From Macrostomum lignano (lineage: Eukaryota), in assembly GCA_002269645.1 (NCBI GenBank), contig NIVC01000211.1:620001-684000 (forward strand): DNA of 64,000 nt, given 5' to 3'. The notes under the pieces were generated by a model. That model saw only the letters and a list, made by a program, of their open reading frames with translations. It did not search any database and was not told where the DNA came from. Shown here one piece after another: positions 23,221 through 39,543 of this stretch. Within the stretch, counting starts at the first letter, position 1. Every line of letters starts with the position of its first letter. Position numbers and translations under genes: made by a program.

Positions 23221-25259
23221 AGAGGCCAATGACAAACCAATTAGAATTGTATATAAAAAAAATTTAATGTAGGGACCCTAGGCCCCTATGATTTTAAATA
23301 AAAATTATAATATAAGGCCTAGGCCCTATATATAGGCCTATAATTATAAAGTTGTGCCATTGTGGATTTTCTGATACAAAGTAGACAATATTAGGCCTAA
23401 TTGGGCCTAGTCTAGTCTAGTTTTGATTATAGACTGTATATTAGATACAAAGGACATGAAAGGTCTCGAAATTAAGTACCAATTACCATAATATACTATT
23501 ATTTTTTATTATTTTGAAACTGTCAGCCTACCATGTGATTTTTATCATTAGGCTATGGCCTAGGTCTAGGATGCCACTTTAGACTAGGCCTTTGGCTTTG
23601 GTTAGGCCAACCTATCATTATAAAAATGCAGCAAAATATCATTCAAAAATATACATCTAACCCCTATAGGTTATCTTTGCATCCCAAATATAATATATAA
23701 TAGGGTTTCTATTTTCTAATATATCTACAAATACAATTTTCACTGAAGGAGTGAAGATCAAAATTAGCATGTCAAAAAACCTTACAAGCCACCGAATTTT
23801 AAAACTAGCTACCAAAAGTGGAACTGGAAGTATATAGCTAAGAAAAAACATAAACATAAACATAGCACATAGTGACACATAATGAAATGATGACAACATG
23901 CAAGAGTGACAGAGTCCTCTTAGAAAGGAAAAATAGGCCTAGTAATTTATGTTTATGGGAAGTTAAGTCCGTAATTAACTAAACCGAAACAAAATGGCCA
24001 ACAAAATTGCTGGTAATATATTCAAAGCAATTTGTAGGTGAAGATTTTAACAAATTTATTAAACTATTTTTTGTATTTACAATTTCGCTTTTATTAAATA
24101 TATTTAAAACTTTATTAGATATACATAAAATAGCCTGAAATTTTTTATAAGCTTAGTTATTTATTTTCCCGTATGAACTCCCTGACATGGATGATTTTAC
24201 CATGGAAAGTTTTAAAAATCCATGCATGAAAATACCATGAACATGCATGATTTATCAATGGATCATGGATCATAGATGATTTATCCATGATAAGAGAGTA
24301 GGGTGGCCGTGTCCGTACAGCCATGCAGTGAGGAAGGCCTCGGCAGTCGCCAGCAGACACCAGCGATGCTCAGCGACCATGCTGGCAGCTGCACAGCTCT
24401 CTGTCGTGTGGCAGCTCAGCACGCAGACAGCGATGCTGTGGTCAGGCAGTTGATGAGGCTCCAGCTTCCACACTCCATCAGTGGGCAGGTCGTCAGGCGG
24501 ACAGGCGACCAGTCTGTCGTAGTCGGTGAGCCCCACGATGGACGCTGACGAGACGGCGATGAGGCAGCAGAGGAGCACGAGAGTAAAATACTGTTTTGCG
24601 GCTTCTATAGATATCAGTTGGTTTCAGCATGTTAGATTTTTACCTGAAACTGACTTGTCGCCTGAAACCAGCGCTGAAAAACAACTTTAATATCAGCTAC
24701 TTGTAGGTTGCGACAGATTTTATATATGCCAAATCTTTAAGACTCTGATAGGCTCTATTCCTTCTCGACTAGTCGTGTAATCCACTGTGTAATGGACTTC
24801 ATCAAACCTTCCTTGCCACCAATTGGAGAATAGAAATGCAAGTCAGTTGTTCGTCTTAAAAAGTGCATTTAGAAGAATTTAGTTGCATAGATCGGCTTAG
24901 TTATCAACTTGACTGACTTTTTTCATTTTTCAAGGGAACCTTGATGTGCAAAAGGGACAAAGCCTAATTTTATTTGTCTATGGTCGCAAAGTCAGCGTTC
25001 GTGGCTGGCTGATTTTCCTCAAGAGTTCAACCATAGACAGCTTGACAGGCAAGCTACAATTGTGTCTCGCGCAGAAACTTTGTTTTAGTATAGAGACCTA
25101 TTTTCCCATAGAAATCTAACACACTCCATGATGTTGGCCATAGACAATAGGTTAGCCGGTAATTTCTGTTGCAGAATCAAGCCTTAAGCGAAACTGACTG
25201 ACAAATTTGCTAACAGACTAACTTGTTTCTTCGCATCATACCAAGTCAGCAAGTAAAAA

Positions 25260-25670
25260 ATGACTCAACTTATTGTTCTCAGACTAGTAAATAAGATTTT
25301 CATCTGCTTACTATTACTAAATTGTACAGCAACCGCTACAAAGGAGGTCAAAATTTCTGACGAACGTGCATTAAATGCTATGCTGGCTTTCTTTGCCCTT
25401 GAGCGCCAAAGAATTGACGTGCCTTTGTCGGACCTCCCAGACGGGCATTCAGTGGAGGACCGTGTGCTAAGTGGCTTGGCCTATGTGCCCTTAGCTGACC
25501 AGCCAATTCACGCCCTGTACGCTAGAGAAGGATTTCCAGACTTAAAGCGCATGTTCAGTGCCCCAATTGTTCGTGATGGGTCAAGAACTTATCCAGCGAT
25601 TCCCAGTCTGGACGCCAAGCGGAACAAAATCTACTTTCGGGTCTTTGGTAAGTTTTCCCAAAATTATTGA
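25260..25670 (+). CDS. Candidate neuropeptide precursor
   Basis: Hydrophobic N-terminus (IFICLLLLNCTATA), two dibasic KR sites, and terminal KR-NKIYFRVF-GK (amidation-type signal). A GTAAGT donor overlaps the G codon, so the C-terminus may differ after splicing. Confidence 0.55.
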   Translation: MTQLIVLRLVNKIFICLLLLNCTATATKEVKISDERALNAMLAFFALERQRIDVPLSDLPDGHSVEDRVLSGLAYVPLADQPIHALYAREGFPDLKRMFSAPIVRDGSRTYPAIPSLDAKRNKIYFRVFGKFSQNY

Positions 25671-26273
25671 TTACGATACTTAAGTATATACATACTCACG
25701 GGTAGGGTTGTAGACGCAACACTATCAGGGGCCGATTTCATGAAGCAAGTACAAGTGACAAGTACAAACGGCCACTAAAAGTTGCGGCTGCATTACGACA
25801 CCAGGACGTAACTCTCCCCGTTTGAGTGCGCCTTGTTCTTGTCTAAGGGTCTATCTGCTTCTAGCGATTCTTTCGTTTTTCATCCATCACGGTTTGGAAT
25901 TCGTTGGTAGCTTTGAAAGTTGCATATTTTCTTCCTAGTAACGAATATTAGCGATTAAAAGTTCATTCAATTCAACAACCAATTTCTAGGTAATTTGCTA
26001 AAGAAGGTACCTAAAATTACAAGTTCATTGAAAAAGTATTGTCACATCAACGAAGGTAAGTAAATTTCTACCGGGGTAATATATACCTATTTGCTTGTTT
26101 GCTGTGATTGAATTATTTACCAGATGGCCGATGAAATCTAAACTGATTGCGTGCTTGTTTCAGTTGAGTCATAGCGAATCTAGTTTGTGCATCAGTTTGA
26201 GTCACATTGAATCCAGTGTGAGTCGTGCCCAAGGGATAGACTAGTGTGTGTGTGTAACAACAAACAACTTCAG

Positions 26274-29200
26274 GTCACTCATGTACCTTTGCTGCCGGCG
26301 ACGCAATCGTATCCTGTGAATTAGTGTCGCATTCGAAGTCGCCAACTGAATTGATCGACATGTTCGGATATCTGGCCTTGCGTCTCGTTGGGGTGAGACA
26401 AACTGGTTAATCTGTCTGTCTTTAAAGTAGCATTTTACATTCTAACTAAAGTGCTTTACACCAGACCAATTGACTCTCTTACGCTTGTATATCAAAAATA
26501 TTCCATTTTTGGGGATGGAAGTACCCGCAGTACCTTCAGTACCTTTGGGACCTTCAAGACCTTCGAGACCTTCGGGACCTTCGGGACCTTCGGGACCTTC
26601 GGGACCTTCAGGACCCTCGGGACCTTCGGGACCTTCAGGACCCTCAGGACCCTTGATTAAGTGCATGCTTAAAATTGTCTATAAAACGTAAGAGCATATT
26701 ATATTTTATATGCAACACATTATGTAGTCTGCGAACGACGTCTACATGAGATTTTACGGCGTAAAAGTCTACCAACCTGCCAAGAAGTTTAAAAGATTCG
26801 TTTTCACCTACGAAGACGAGCGCAATCACCCAAGGATTCTCTGGCCAGCCTGGGTTAATCTCTACTTGTTCTTCCGAAACAGCTACCAGGTCTGCCTGGA
26901 AGCTAAAAGATGCGGGTATAAAACTGACGATGACTGCGCGAACTTTTTCAGCAACGTTAACCAATTATCGCTGACGTACGCTTATTTTGTGTGCCGAATT
27001 TTGTCAGGCAGCGCTTCGGACAGTCTGTGCCCTAATATTTGCCGGTTCGATCCTTGTGCCACCATACATCATGCTATTAAAGGTGAATTACTGGGGCTTC
27101 TTTATCACAGACACCCGAATACTTTACCAGATACCCGAATACTTTACCAGACACGGGAATACATTACCAGACACCCGAATACTTTACACCAGACACGGGA
27201 ATACATTACCAGACACCCGAATACTTTACCAGACACCCGAATACTTTACCAGACATGGTAATACTTTATCAGACACCCGAATACTTAACCACACACCCGA
27301 ATAGTTTACCAGACACGGGAATACTTTATCAGACACCCGAATACTTTACCAGACACGGGAATACACTACCAGACACGGGAATACTCTACCAGACACGGGA
27401 ATACTCTACCAGACACGGGAATACTTGACCGGACACCCGAATACTTTACCAGACACGCGAGTACTTTACCAGACACGGGAATACTTTACTTATAGATACC
27501 TGCCATTTATCATGCGCGCTCTCTCTGCAGGCACCTGCTATCCAATCAGCTTGAAAATACACCGGCATGATTATTTCTGCTTTTGCGAAGAGGGCTACAG
27601 GTGGGAGGCAAAAGACACAAGAGATTCCATTGGAGTCTGGCGAACTGGAAGGTGCGACCATTCTGTATTTGAAGCATAGAAGAATGACAATCCTCTAGAC
27701 TCGTAACAACAAAGATAACAAAGACTTACTTAACCCGTTCAGTAGACAGTAAGTAGATTTATTTATCTGCATTTTAAAAATGTTTATCTTTCAGGTGCAC
27801 TTCCATGAAGCCCATGTCATCAGACACGGAGACCTGTACCCCACTAGAGATGGAAACGTTTTGCAATCGAGACGGCACTGCATCTTGCACAGTTATGCGT
27901 GCTACTTACAACCGTAGGGCCGTATGCATTTGCAAAACGGGCTATGGAAATCTGGACTGTAGCTATAAGTTCAGAGACGCCTGCGATGCACACGAATTTA
28001 AGGGCCTATTGCTCTGCAGGAGCCACGAAAAAGTCGGCAAATGCAAACCCTATGGGACAGGTCCAATTTCAGGACCGAAGCTCAATCTAAGGTAGACTTA
28101 ATGAACATTTTGTTGACAGCTGAGTGTCTTGTTAAATACCTGGGTGTCTAGTTAAGCCACAGAGTACCACAGAATGCTCAACCGACTAGTATAATAGAAT
28201 GTGTATCTAATTAAAACACCATAGATGCAACGTTTCCTGTGATGATTTATAATTGTCGTAACTACTCGTAATATATAACATCAAAGTAGTAGAGTTGACT
28301 GCTTGTAGAGCAGTCGATTCATATTGTTTTCATACAAAATATTAAAGCAGTACAGTTTACTTTCTCCTGAGCAAACAACGTGAACGATTGTCAGAAAACT
28401 TAAGTGGCAAGCTCTTGTGGTGCTTATAAATTAATAATGGATTCTACTGTATACCAAACAATTTAACCTAAGATCACGTGGCTCTTTGCTGATCTATAAT
28501 TATTCAAAAATACAAAACAATTAAAATCACAAGCCCATGCCAGTGATAATAGTCTATGGTGATTCTTCTCCCTACTACTTTCCCACAGCTTCACAGGAAG
28601 AGTAGTACAAAGCGAAAAGAATTCAAAAAATTCTCATTGAGATTTTTTCTTCGTTCTGGGGTATTCTGTGGACTAAGCAGTAACTGAATAATTTTTTGTT
28701 GTCTATATGGTTTTAGGCTTTGATAATGGATAAATAATCAGCGGTCCCAGTGCGTGACAACGATTGTCTGGCGATCGCCGGTAGGCGCGAGCTTCAGACA
28801 AATCGTTGTCACGTGCTGCGACCGCTGATTATTTACATTGTTTTTCTATTTGACGATCCTACAGACAATGCATTTTTTGTAGTAATGGATTGTTCTGCAT
28901 TAAAAATGTGAATAATGATCGTCAAATTGCTAAACAATGACAATTAACTATTTATGCCCAAATGAAGACAAATATTTGTGTGCGTTGGTGCATTGGTTTC
29001 AGTGCGTTGGCTTCTTGATAAACGTTCGCGCAACACTTATTGCGTTGTTGCAGTTATTACTTCTTTGATTTTAATCCCGACATAGGGCTTATCAGTGTCA
29101 GTGCTTCTCCTCCAAGTACATTCGATGGGTCGGAAAAACAGGCGAAGAATGCCGGCAGTGGATACCCAGCCTGTGGCACGACAGAAGCCAGCGCTGCGGC

Positions 29201-30365
29201 TACGACTTCTTACTAGCCAGACCTGACATGCTGGTCAAGCACTGCAACCAGATCGGCTGCACCGAGGCCTCGATTCGCAGCTACATAGCCGACTTGGAGG
29301 CAGCTGGTCACGCCTGCGGCGGTCTCGGCTCCTGCAGTCCCGGTCCATTGAACATGAGCACCGATATGCGTATGTCGGCCTATTGCCAGTGCAAGCTCGG
29401 CAAGGCTGGTAAACTTTGCGAAAGCGTTTACGCCTCTTATGTTGAGTGGACGCCATGGACCGTGTGTTACGATAAAGGACTTGGTGGGTTGTTTTCTTGT
29501 TTTATTACTACTATGTCAGCTTTTTGCATTAGCTGTTTTGTTGGAGCAAACGCATCAGTGCTCAGATGGGATCCGCGGTGATGTCAGAAAGTCGCAATGA
29601 AAATTCCTAGCTCAGAAATTTATCGAATCAAATCACTGAAATCCCAACTGTCGGGTCAAAATATGACTTTTCAGGTTTCAGCCATCAAGGATGTTTGACC
29701 GCTACAATGCCCAGTCTTCACTTTCTAGCTATTTTTTTATTAGAGGCAGAGGTGTTGTGTGCACCCTGGCGCACTTTAAGCGACATAGGCACACAACCGG
29801 CGAGAGGCATTGCTGCCCATTCCGCCGACTCCCCTGAGCAGGCATACAAGCGCGCTGATACGTACGCAGGCACACACTCACACAGGAGTGTACAGCGGCC
29901 CTGATTTTCTGATTTTTGTTTTCGTCCGCAAGTCTCAAATGAATGCAGCCTGTCGTGGCTCTGTTCAACTCACCTCACAAACTTGACATTGCATTGAAAG
30001 AGTAACAAAAACAATTTTCAGTGCTAGCCAAGCAGAGAGGTCGGCTCCGATTCAGGCACTGCCAAGAATTGCATCAGAAACAAGAGGGCAGCCCGCCGCT
30101 CTGCGTCAATGGCAAAACAGAACAACTGCCCTGTCCAGATGTTGCCGAGCATCTGGAGGAGACTTTGACTCATTCGGACTATGGAGTGACATCGCAGGCG
30201 GTCATATCAATGTGGCGAATCGTTGAACTATTGATCCTGACCGATCTACTGCTGGTTGGAATGCTTACAGGAGCCCTGATCTACCACAGGATCGTGTTGG
30301 GCGGGTGGGGAGTTGAAGAGCCCAAAGCTGAAAAAGAAGCTGATTCTGCACCGCAGAAAGCTTGA
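26274..30365 (+). CDS. Type I membrane protein with EGF-like repeats, a TSP1 domain and a TM helix; exons about 26274-26392, 26728-27082, 27531-27702, 27796-28070, 29085-29477, 30022-30365; one in-frame TAG at 27677-27679
   Basis: EGF-like Cys patterns (CRFDPCATIHHAIKGTC..YFCFCEEGYRW; CNRDGTASC..VCICKTGYGNLDC; YQCQC..GEEC; CGGLGSC..YCQCKLGKAGKLCE). TSP1 YVEWTPWTVC...RLRFRHC...C.NG...LPC. TM IVELLILTDLLLVGMLTGALIY. Frames are consistent across the junctions I checked. The start codon exon is uncertain. Confidence 0.75.
26531..26655. repeat. 9-bp tandem repeat (CCTTCGGGA)n, intronic
   Basis: Direct periodicity. It produces the spurious GPEGPE ORFs. Confidence 0.9.
27105..27490. repeat. 20-bp tandem repeat (CCAGACACGGGAATACTTTA)n, intronic
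   Basis: Direct periodicity between the donor near 27083 and the acceptor near 27530. Confidence 0.93.
28733..28833. other. Long intronic inverted repeat / hairpin (MITE or pre-miRNA-like)
   Basis: Arms AATAATCAGCGGTC-CCAGTG-CGTGACAACGATT-GTCTG and CAGAC-A-AATCGTTGTCACG-TGCTGC-GACCGCTGATTATT, flanked by TA on both sides. Confidence 0.85.
29730..29905. repeat. About 170-bp dispersed repeat, copy 1 (inverted copy at 32725-32910)
   Basis: ATTTTTTATTAGAGGC...CAGCGGCCCT matches the reverse complement of 32725-32910 with scattered substitutions and one short indel. Confidence 0.9.
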
Positions 30366-30840
30366 GACTTAATTTGATGAAGCTTGATGTCTAATTTATA
30401 TCTGATCGATATCTCATCAATATCTGATCGATTTCTAACCAATATCTAATCGATATCTATCCAATAACTAAGCAACAGTTACCTGTTCTCAATCTCTAAT
30501 TAATCTATTAGATCATTTGTTGCTAGTTTTTCATTGTTTACATCACCGCGAATACCGCTCACATGGAGTAGACAGATAGAAAACTTCTAACTAATGCTGC
30601 AGTCTAACTGTTTAAGCAAAAATTCGAATAAAAACGAGTTAGTTTATTGATCGCGTTTTGTTTTATTTGGCACCTGGCCTAAGCAGGAGAGTCTTAATTG
30701 AAATTAAGCTAATTTTCGTGTGCGTTTGATAAATTTTTATGCTGTCTACTATTATTAGTCTGATAGGATTGCGCGTAATAGAAGCAAAAAGTAAATTTTC
30801 TTAAGTCCTTGGCACTAAAATTATAATAATCGTAATTTTT

Positions 30841-34226
<3,386 letters not shown>

Positions 34227-34887
34227 TGCTACTCAAACCGGACCAGTTCGGAACTAAAGCCACGTCAGCTTAATCTTAAAAGCAGAACTTCTCAACGAGC
34301 ATTGTTTGAAATAGTCGTCCACTTAAGAAGCATACTAGTAGAAGTCATTCAGCTATGAATTTCAGCTGCTTGAAACACTGCGCGTTCAGCATTGCCTGCT
34401 CTGTAGCCTCTGCATTGAAGTTGCAGAAACTTCTGGTGACGATTGGGGGCGCAATGTGCAGTTCTGAGCAGTCTGAGTCACTGTGGCCCGATAATTTGCT
34501 TGTCGGACTGCTTTGAGAAGAGAATACGCTCTTACTGAGGCTACATGGGCAAATACAAAGCCCAAGTAAGACCAACCGGCACTGGGCAGAGAGGCGTCGG
34601 GTGTTCTGCATGCATTTGCCTCTTTTCCTGTCAATTGTTAATATTTTAATCAAAATAACAGTAATCTTACTCAGCAAAATTAGTCCTGGGCGCGTAACCA
34701 GTACCTGAGATTGTCCTCCAATCAGATTTTCCGGGTTTAGAAATACCAATGCAAGGAAAATACATTCAGCCTATAAGTATCTCCGCAAGTTAAAGCGGTA
34801 GCGAGTTCTGATGGCCCAGATCGAGTTCCACTCCCCCTGATGAATTTCAAAAACAAAAAAATTTCACAGCTACTTGAATTCTTTTAG

Positions 34888-36820
34888 CTCTTGCCAGCAT
34901 TCTAGCTTTGTTGAGCACATTTGGGCAATTACTGTGCCTCATTGCCATCGCCTCGGCGTCCATCGTGGGGCTCACCGACTACGACAAACTGGACGCCTGT
35001 CCGTCAGACGACCTACCCGCTGATGGAGTACGGAAGCTGGAGCTTCATCAACTGCCTGAACGTAGCATCGCTGGCTGCGTGCTGAGCTGCCACACGACAG
35101 AGAGCTGTGCAGCTGCCAGCATGGTCGCTGAGCATCGCTGGTGTCTGCTGGCGACTGCCGAGGCCTTCCTCACTGCATGGCTGTACGGACACGGCCAGTG
35201 CGACTCGTTTGTGAACAGGCGGAGGCTGGCAAAGTTCCAGCAGGGTGAGAAGTCATGAGTGACTGCAGCTGTACCCATGCAGTGTGTGACTGCAGCTGTG
35301 CCCATGCAGTGTGTGACTGCAGCTGTGCCCATGCAGTGTGTGACTGCAGCTGTGCCCATGCAGTGTGACTGCAGCTGTGCCCATGCAGTGCGTGACTGCA
35401 GCTGTGCCCATGCAGTGTGACTGCAGCTGTGCCCATGCAGTGTGTGACTGCAGCTGTGCCCATGCAGTGAGTGACTGCAGCTGTGCCCATGCAGTGTGTG
35501 ACTGCAGCTGTGCCCAGTTCACTCACTGGCGAGTCCATGCATGCACCGGTGTGCTGATATCGTTACATCGTTATCGAATTGCAGCTCACACGACCGACCT
35601 GCCCAGCAGCATCGCGGTGAGCTCGCTGCGGATTCTGTACCACTTCCGTGTGGGCTCGTTCAACCTGGCGCCTGTGCACCGGAATCCGCACACTCCGGTG
35701 CTCGTGTCGGCTGTGCTCAACCGGTCTGCGGGCGCGTTCGTGACGGGAGAGTCTGGCTCCTTCATCGATGTGAGCACGGCTGACGGAATCGAGGACCTGT
35801 TTGTGCCCGAGCCCAACGTGACCGTGTTCATGCGAGCTAAGTTCGACTTCAACGGAGAGTGAGTTCCAAGGAAATGCATGTTTGAGTGTCATTCTGAACA
35901 TCCCAATGAAACTGTGTTTTTTACAAAAAATGTGTAGCTGGGTTTTTGGACAAAAAGGATTGAAGTGAATTTTCTTATTTGTGTTTCTCACACTTGTTAT
36001 TGCTATGCAACTGGCTAAGAAACTTGTATATAATTACAGAGAAATTTACAACTACTTCTACTACCTATTCAACTGCGAAGACTACTCATATGGTAATTAC
36101 CTGGCTATGAAAAACGATGAGCGGCTCAAGATGAGCTACCAGCAATGGAATTCGACAGCTTACTGGTACTACGAATATCTAAGCAAACCAAACAGCTTTC
36201 CAACCAGCACCTCGGGCGCCTATCGCGGCTTTGGATTCGTTCTGGATGCAAGCGTCACTGAGGCGAAGTTTTACAACTCCGCTTCTGGTGGAACCTCAAC
36301 CGTGGAAGTCGAGGCTTCCACTTCTGATTCCGGAATCAAAGAGGCCAATTTCAATTGCATGAGGTTCGTCTTTATGCAGCAGTAAATCTTCTATCTGTGT
36401 AGCTAATTGCAAAGACAGAATGAAAAATCACAGGGCAGTCTGCAGTCTTAACCTACACGTATATACATGTATACAATTAACCATCATAGAGTTTAGTGAT
36501 TTTGTATCGTATTAACGACATATCTACGAAGGTATTAGCTCGTAGGTACGGAAAGGCAAACGATCCAACTACAAAATGATCTTGGTTTGTCAAATTTAGA
36601 AGTATTTTTCAAATATTGGATATTACGAGTATTAATACGGCATTATTATAATCGTTGCACTTTCCAAATTCAACATCCCAGAATCGGAGTGTTCGAACCG
36701 GACGCAATCGGGCGCTGCCTTCGAGGCTTCGTCGAGTGCTTCGCCATCTTCAGCGGTCAGCTCAGTGCCGCCCAGTTCCAGCAGCTGAACGCCTGGTGCG
36801 CCAACAAGAATGCGGCTTGA
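34888..36820 (+). CDS. PAN/Apple + LamG/ConA-like secreted protein gene, copy B; exons 34888-35244, 35585-35858, 36040-36363, 36682-36820; start codon not located
   Basis: Hydrophobic leader LLCLIAIASASIVG, PAN Cys pattern, and open frame across GT-AG junctions (phases 1, 2, 2). C-terminal FNCMRIG...LRGFVECFAIFSGQLSAAQFQQL resembles a LamG/pentraxin end. Confidence 0.75.
35260..35515. repeat. 27-bp minisatellite, about 9 units, intron 1 of copy B
   Basis: Same unit as in copies A and C, on the same strand relative to the gene. Confidence 0.95.
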
Positions 36821-37304
36821 AGCTGAAGAGGACACGGCAAACGTTTCAAGCTTGAAGTTTATTACCTGCGTTATTGTTGGAACTTTCATAAACTAGTCTG
36901 AATCGATCTGCGGCATGGCAACAATATGTTTGTTTATCGACTGTTCGCAATTAAAAAACCGGGATTTTTTTGCTTTTTTAATTTTTTAGCTTAAACCAGC
37001 CGGATTTCCTTGTCCTTGCTTTCTGAAAATCAAGAGTTTGGTTCGGAAAAAAATTGAACAAAAATCTAAATCAGTTAGTGATGCATTGTTAAACTGAATC
37101 AAAAATAAAAAAACTGGAGGCGGTCTCTGAGTCAGACAATGGAAAAGAGGCTTTTTCAAATGAAATTTCCGAAAACGGAAGTTCGGATGCAGCAGTTCAA
37201 AGAAAAACAAAGCGGGAAGCAAAAAAGTTTTTATTGCTGCTTCAACCATTGAATCGGGTTTTGTGATTAAAAAAGTTTAAATTAAATGACAAAAGTTTGA
37301 TTGC

Positions 37305-38525
<1,221 letters not shown>

Positions 38526-39046
38526 AGATAGCGAGAAAGAGCGAGCGAAGCGAGCTCTTTCGAGCTTGCTTGCCGCAGCCAGTCAAGCTGAAAGCACGCA
38601 CACAAGATCACCGGAAACGATTAAGGCAGCTGGAAAGCCAATGGGCGCGGTAAGCGCTTTTATACAGAGGAACTACCTGCTGGAACCAGCCATGCCGAAC
38701 GAAAATCAGACTACTCAAGTAGTGCAAAAGAGTACGTGCAACTACCGAGAAATCTAATTTTCGTAACCGCTCCGGTGCAGGTCCTGGCTATAGATAGAAG
38801 ATAGGTACAGCGTATACATTAGCTGACACGAATTTTTTAATTAACATTTATATTGTTGACAATAGAATATATATTTATGCTGATAATATCCTTTTTTGTC
38901 AGTGTAATATATCGTATAATATAGAAAGTGACAGACATTTGTATCAGAGTAGCTCATATTGTTATTCAATTTCAAGTCAAGCTATAAGCAAGGCTTTTAA
39001 TTTTTTTCGAATTTTATTCTGCTATAACAGTACCTAGAAAGTTCCT

Positions 39047-39355
39047 GAGGTTGTAGCCTAGTGGTCAGAGCGTCGGACTTACAACTTGAAGGTGGGGGTT
39101 CGATTCTTGACTCACTCGAAACAATTAGTGTCCTTGAGCAAGACACTTAACTCTGCATTGCTTCAGTTCACCCAGCTGTAAAATGGGTGCCAGCATTAGC
39201 TGGGGTAATTGAGGCTGTGTGTGGCGACCCCACCCCCCCCCCCAGTCCATGGACTGAACAGCCGAACGCAGCTTTCAGATGCGCCGCGCAATTGCTGCGG
39301 CTGAGCTTTCGGTTGCACATCTGGCCATTAGGGCAGGTGTAATCAGTCGAAGTTT
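39047..39355 (+). mobile_element. tRNA-derived CORE-type SINE, copy 1
   Basis: Box A TAGCCTAGTGG, box B GGTTCGATTCT, then GTGTCCTTGAGCAAGACACTTAACTC..TGCTTCAGTT..CAGCTGTAAAATGGG, resembling the MIR/CORE domain. A second copy lies at 52975. Confidence 0.85.
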
Positions 39356-39543
39356 AACTTCTTTATAGAAACATGCCCATGGCTACTTCACGTAATATCT
39401 TTAAGAAGTAAATTTTAAGAAAACATTCATATCTTGCTGCAAATATTCTAGCTGCAGCCAGCACTGCTATCCACTCTTTTAATTAATCAATCAGCTGCTC
39501 TTGTTTTTCAACTCTTAATCTTGATCAATTAGGTGTCCTTGGC

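Larger units (their letters stand above)
17646..24303 (-). mobile_element. EnSpm/CACTA (CMC superfamily) DNA transposon, 6658 bp, apparently young
   Basis: TIR CCCTACTCTCCTTGCATGGATAAATCAT / ATGATTTATCCATGATAAGAGAGTAGGG. 2-bp TSD TG at 17644-17645 and 24304-24305. CATGGA/TCCATG subterminal repeats at both ends. Intact transposase ORF inside. Confidence 0.92.
16253..24590 (-). pseudogene. PAN/Apple + LamG/ConA-like secreted protein gene, copy A; exon 1 (about 24590-24304 plus 17645-17597) split by the EnSpm element; exon 2 17063-16790; exon 3 16701-16253 with a +1 frameshift near 16655
   Basis: Removing 17646-24303 and one TG restores the exon sequence GGACACGGCCAGTGCGACTCG seen intact in copy B. 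PAN pattern CVLSCHTTESCAAASM...WCLL. Splice sites and phases (1, 2) match copies B-D. Confidence 0.8.

Noticed and set aside
39047-39120. tRNA gene (also 52975-53050)
   Set aside because: It has A/B boxes but no complete acceptor stem, and both copies continue into a shared CORE-like body, so they are SINE heads.
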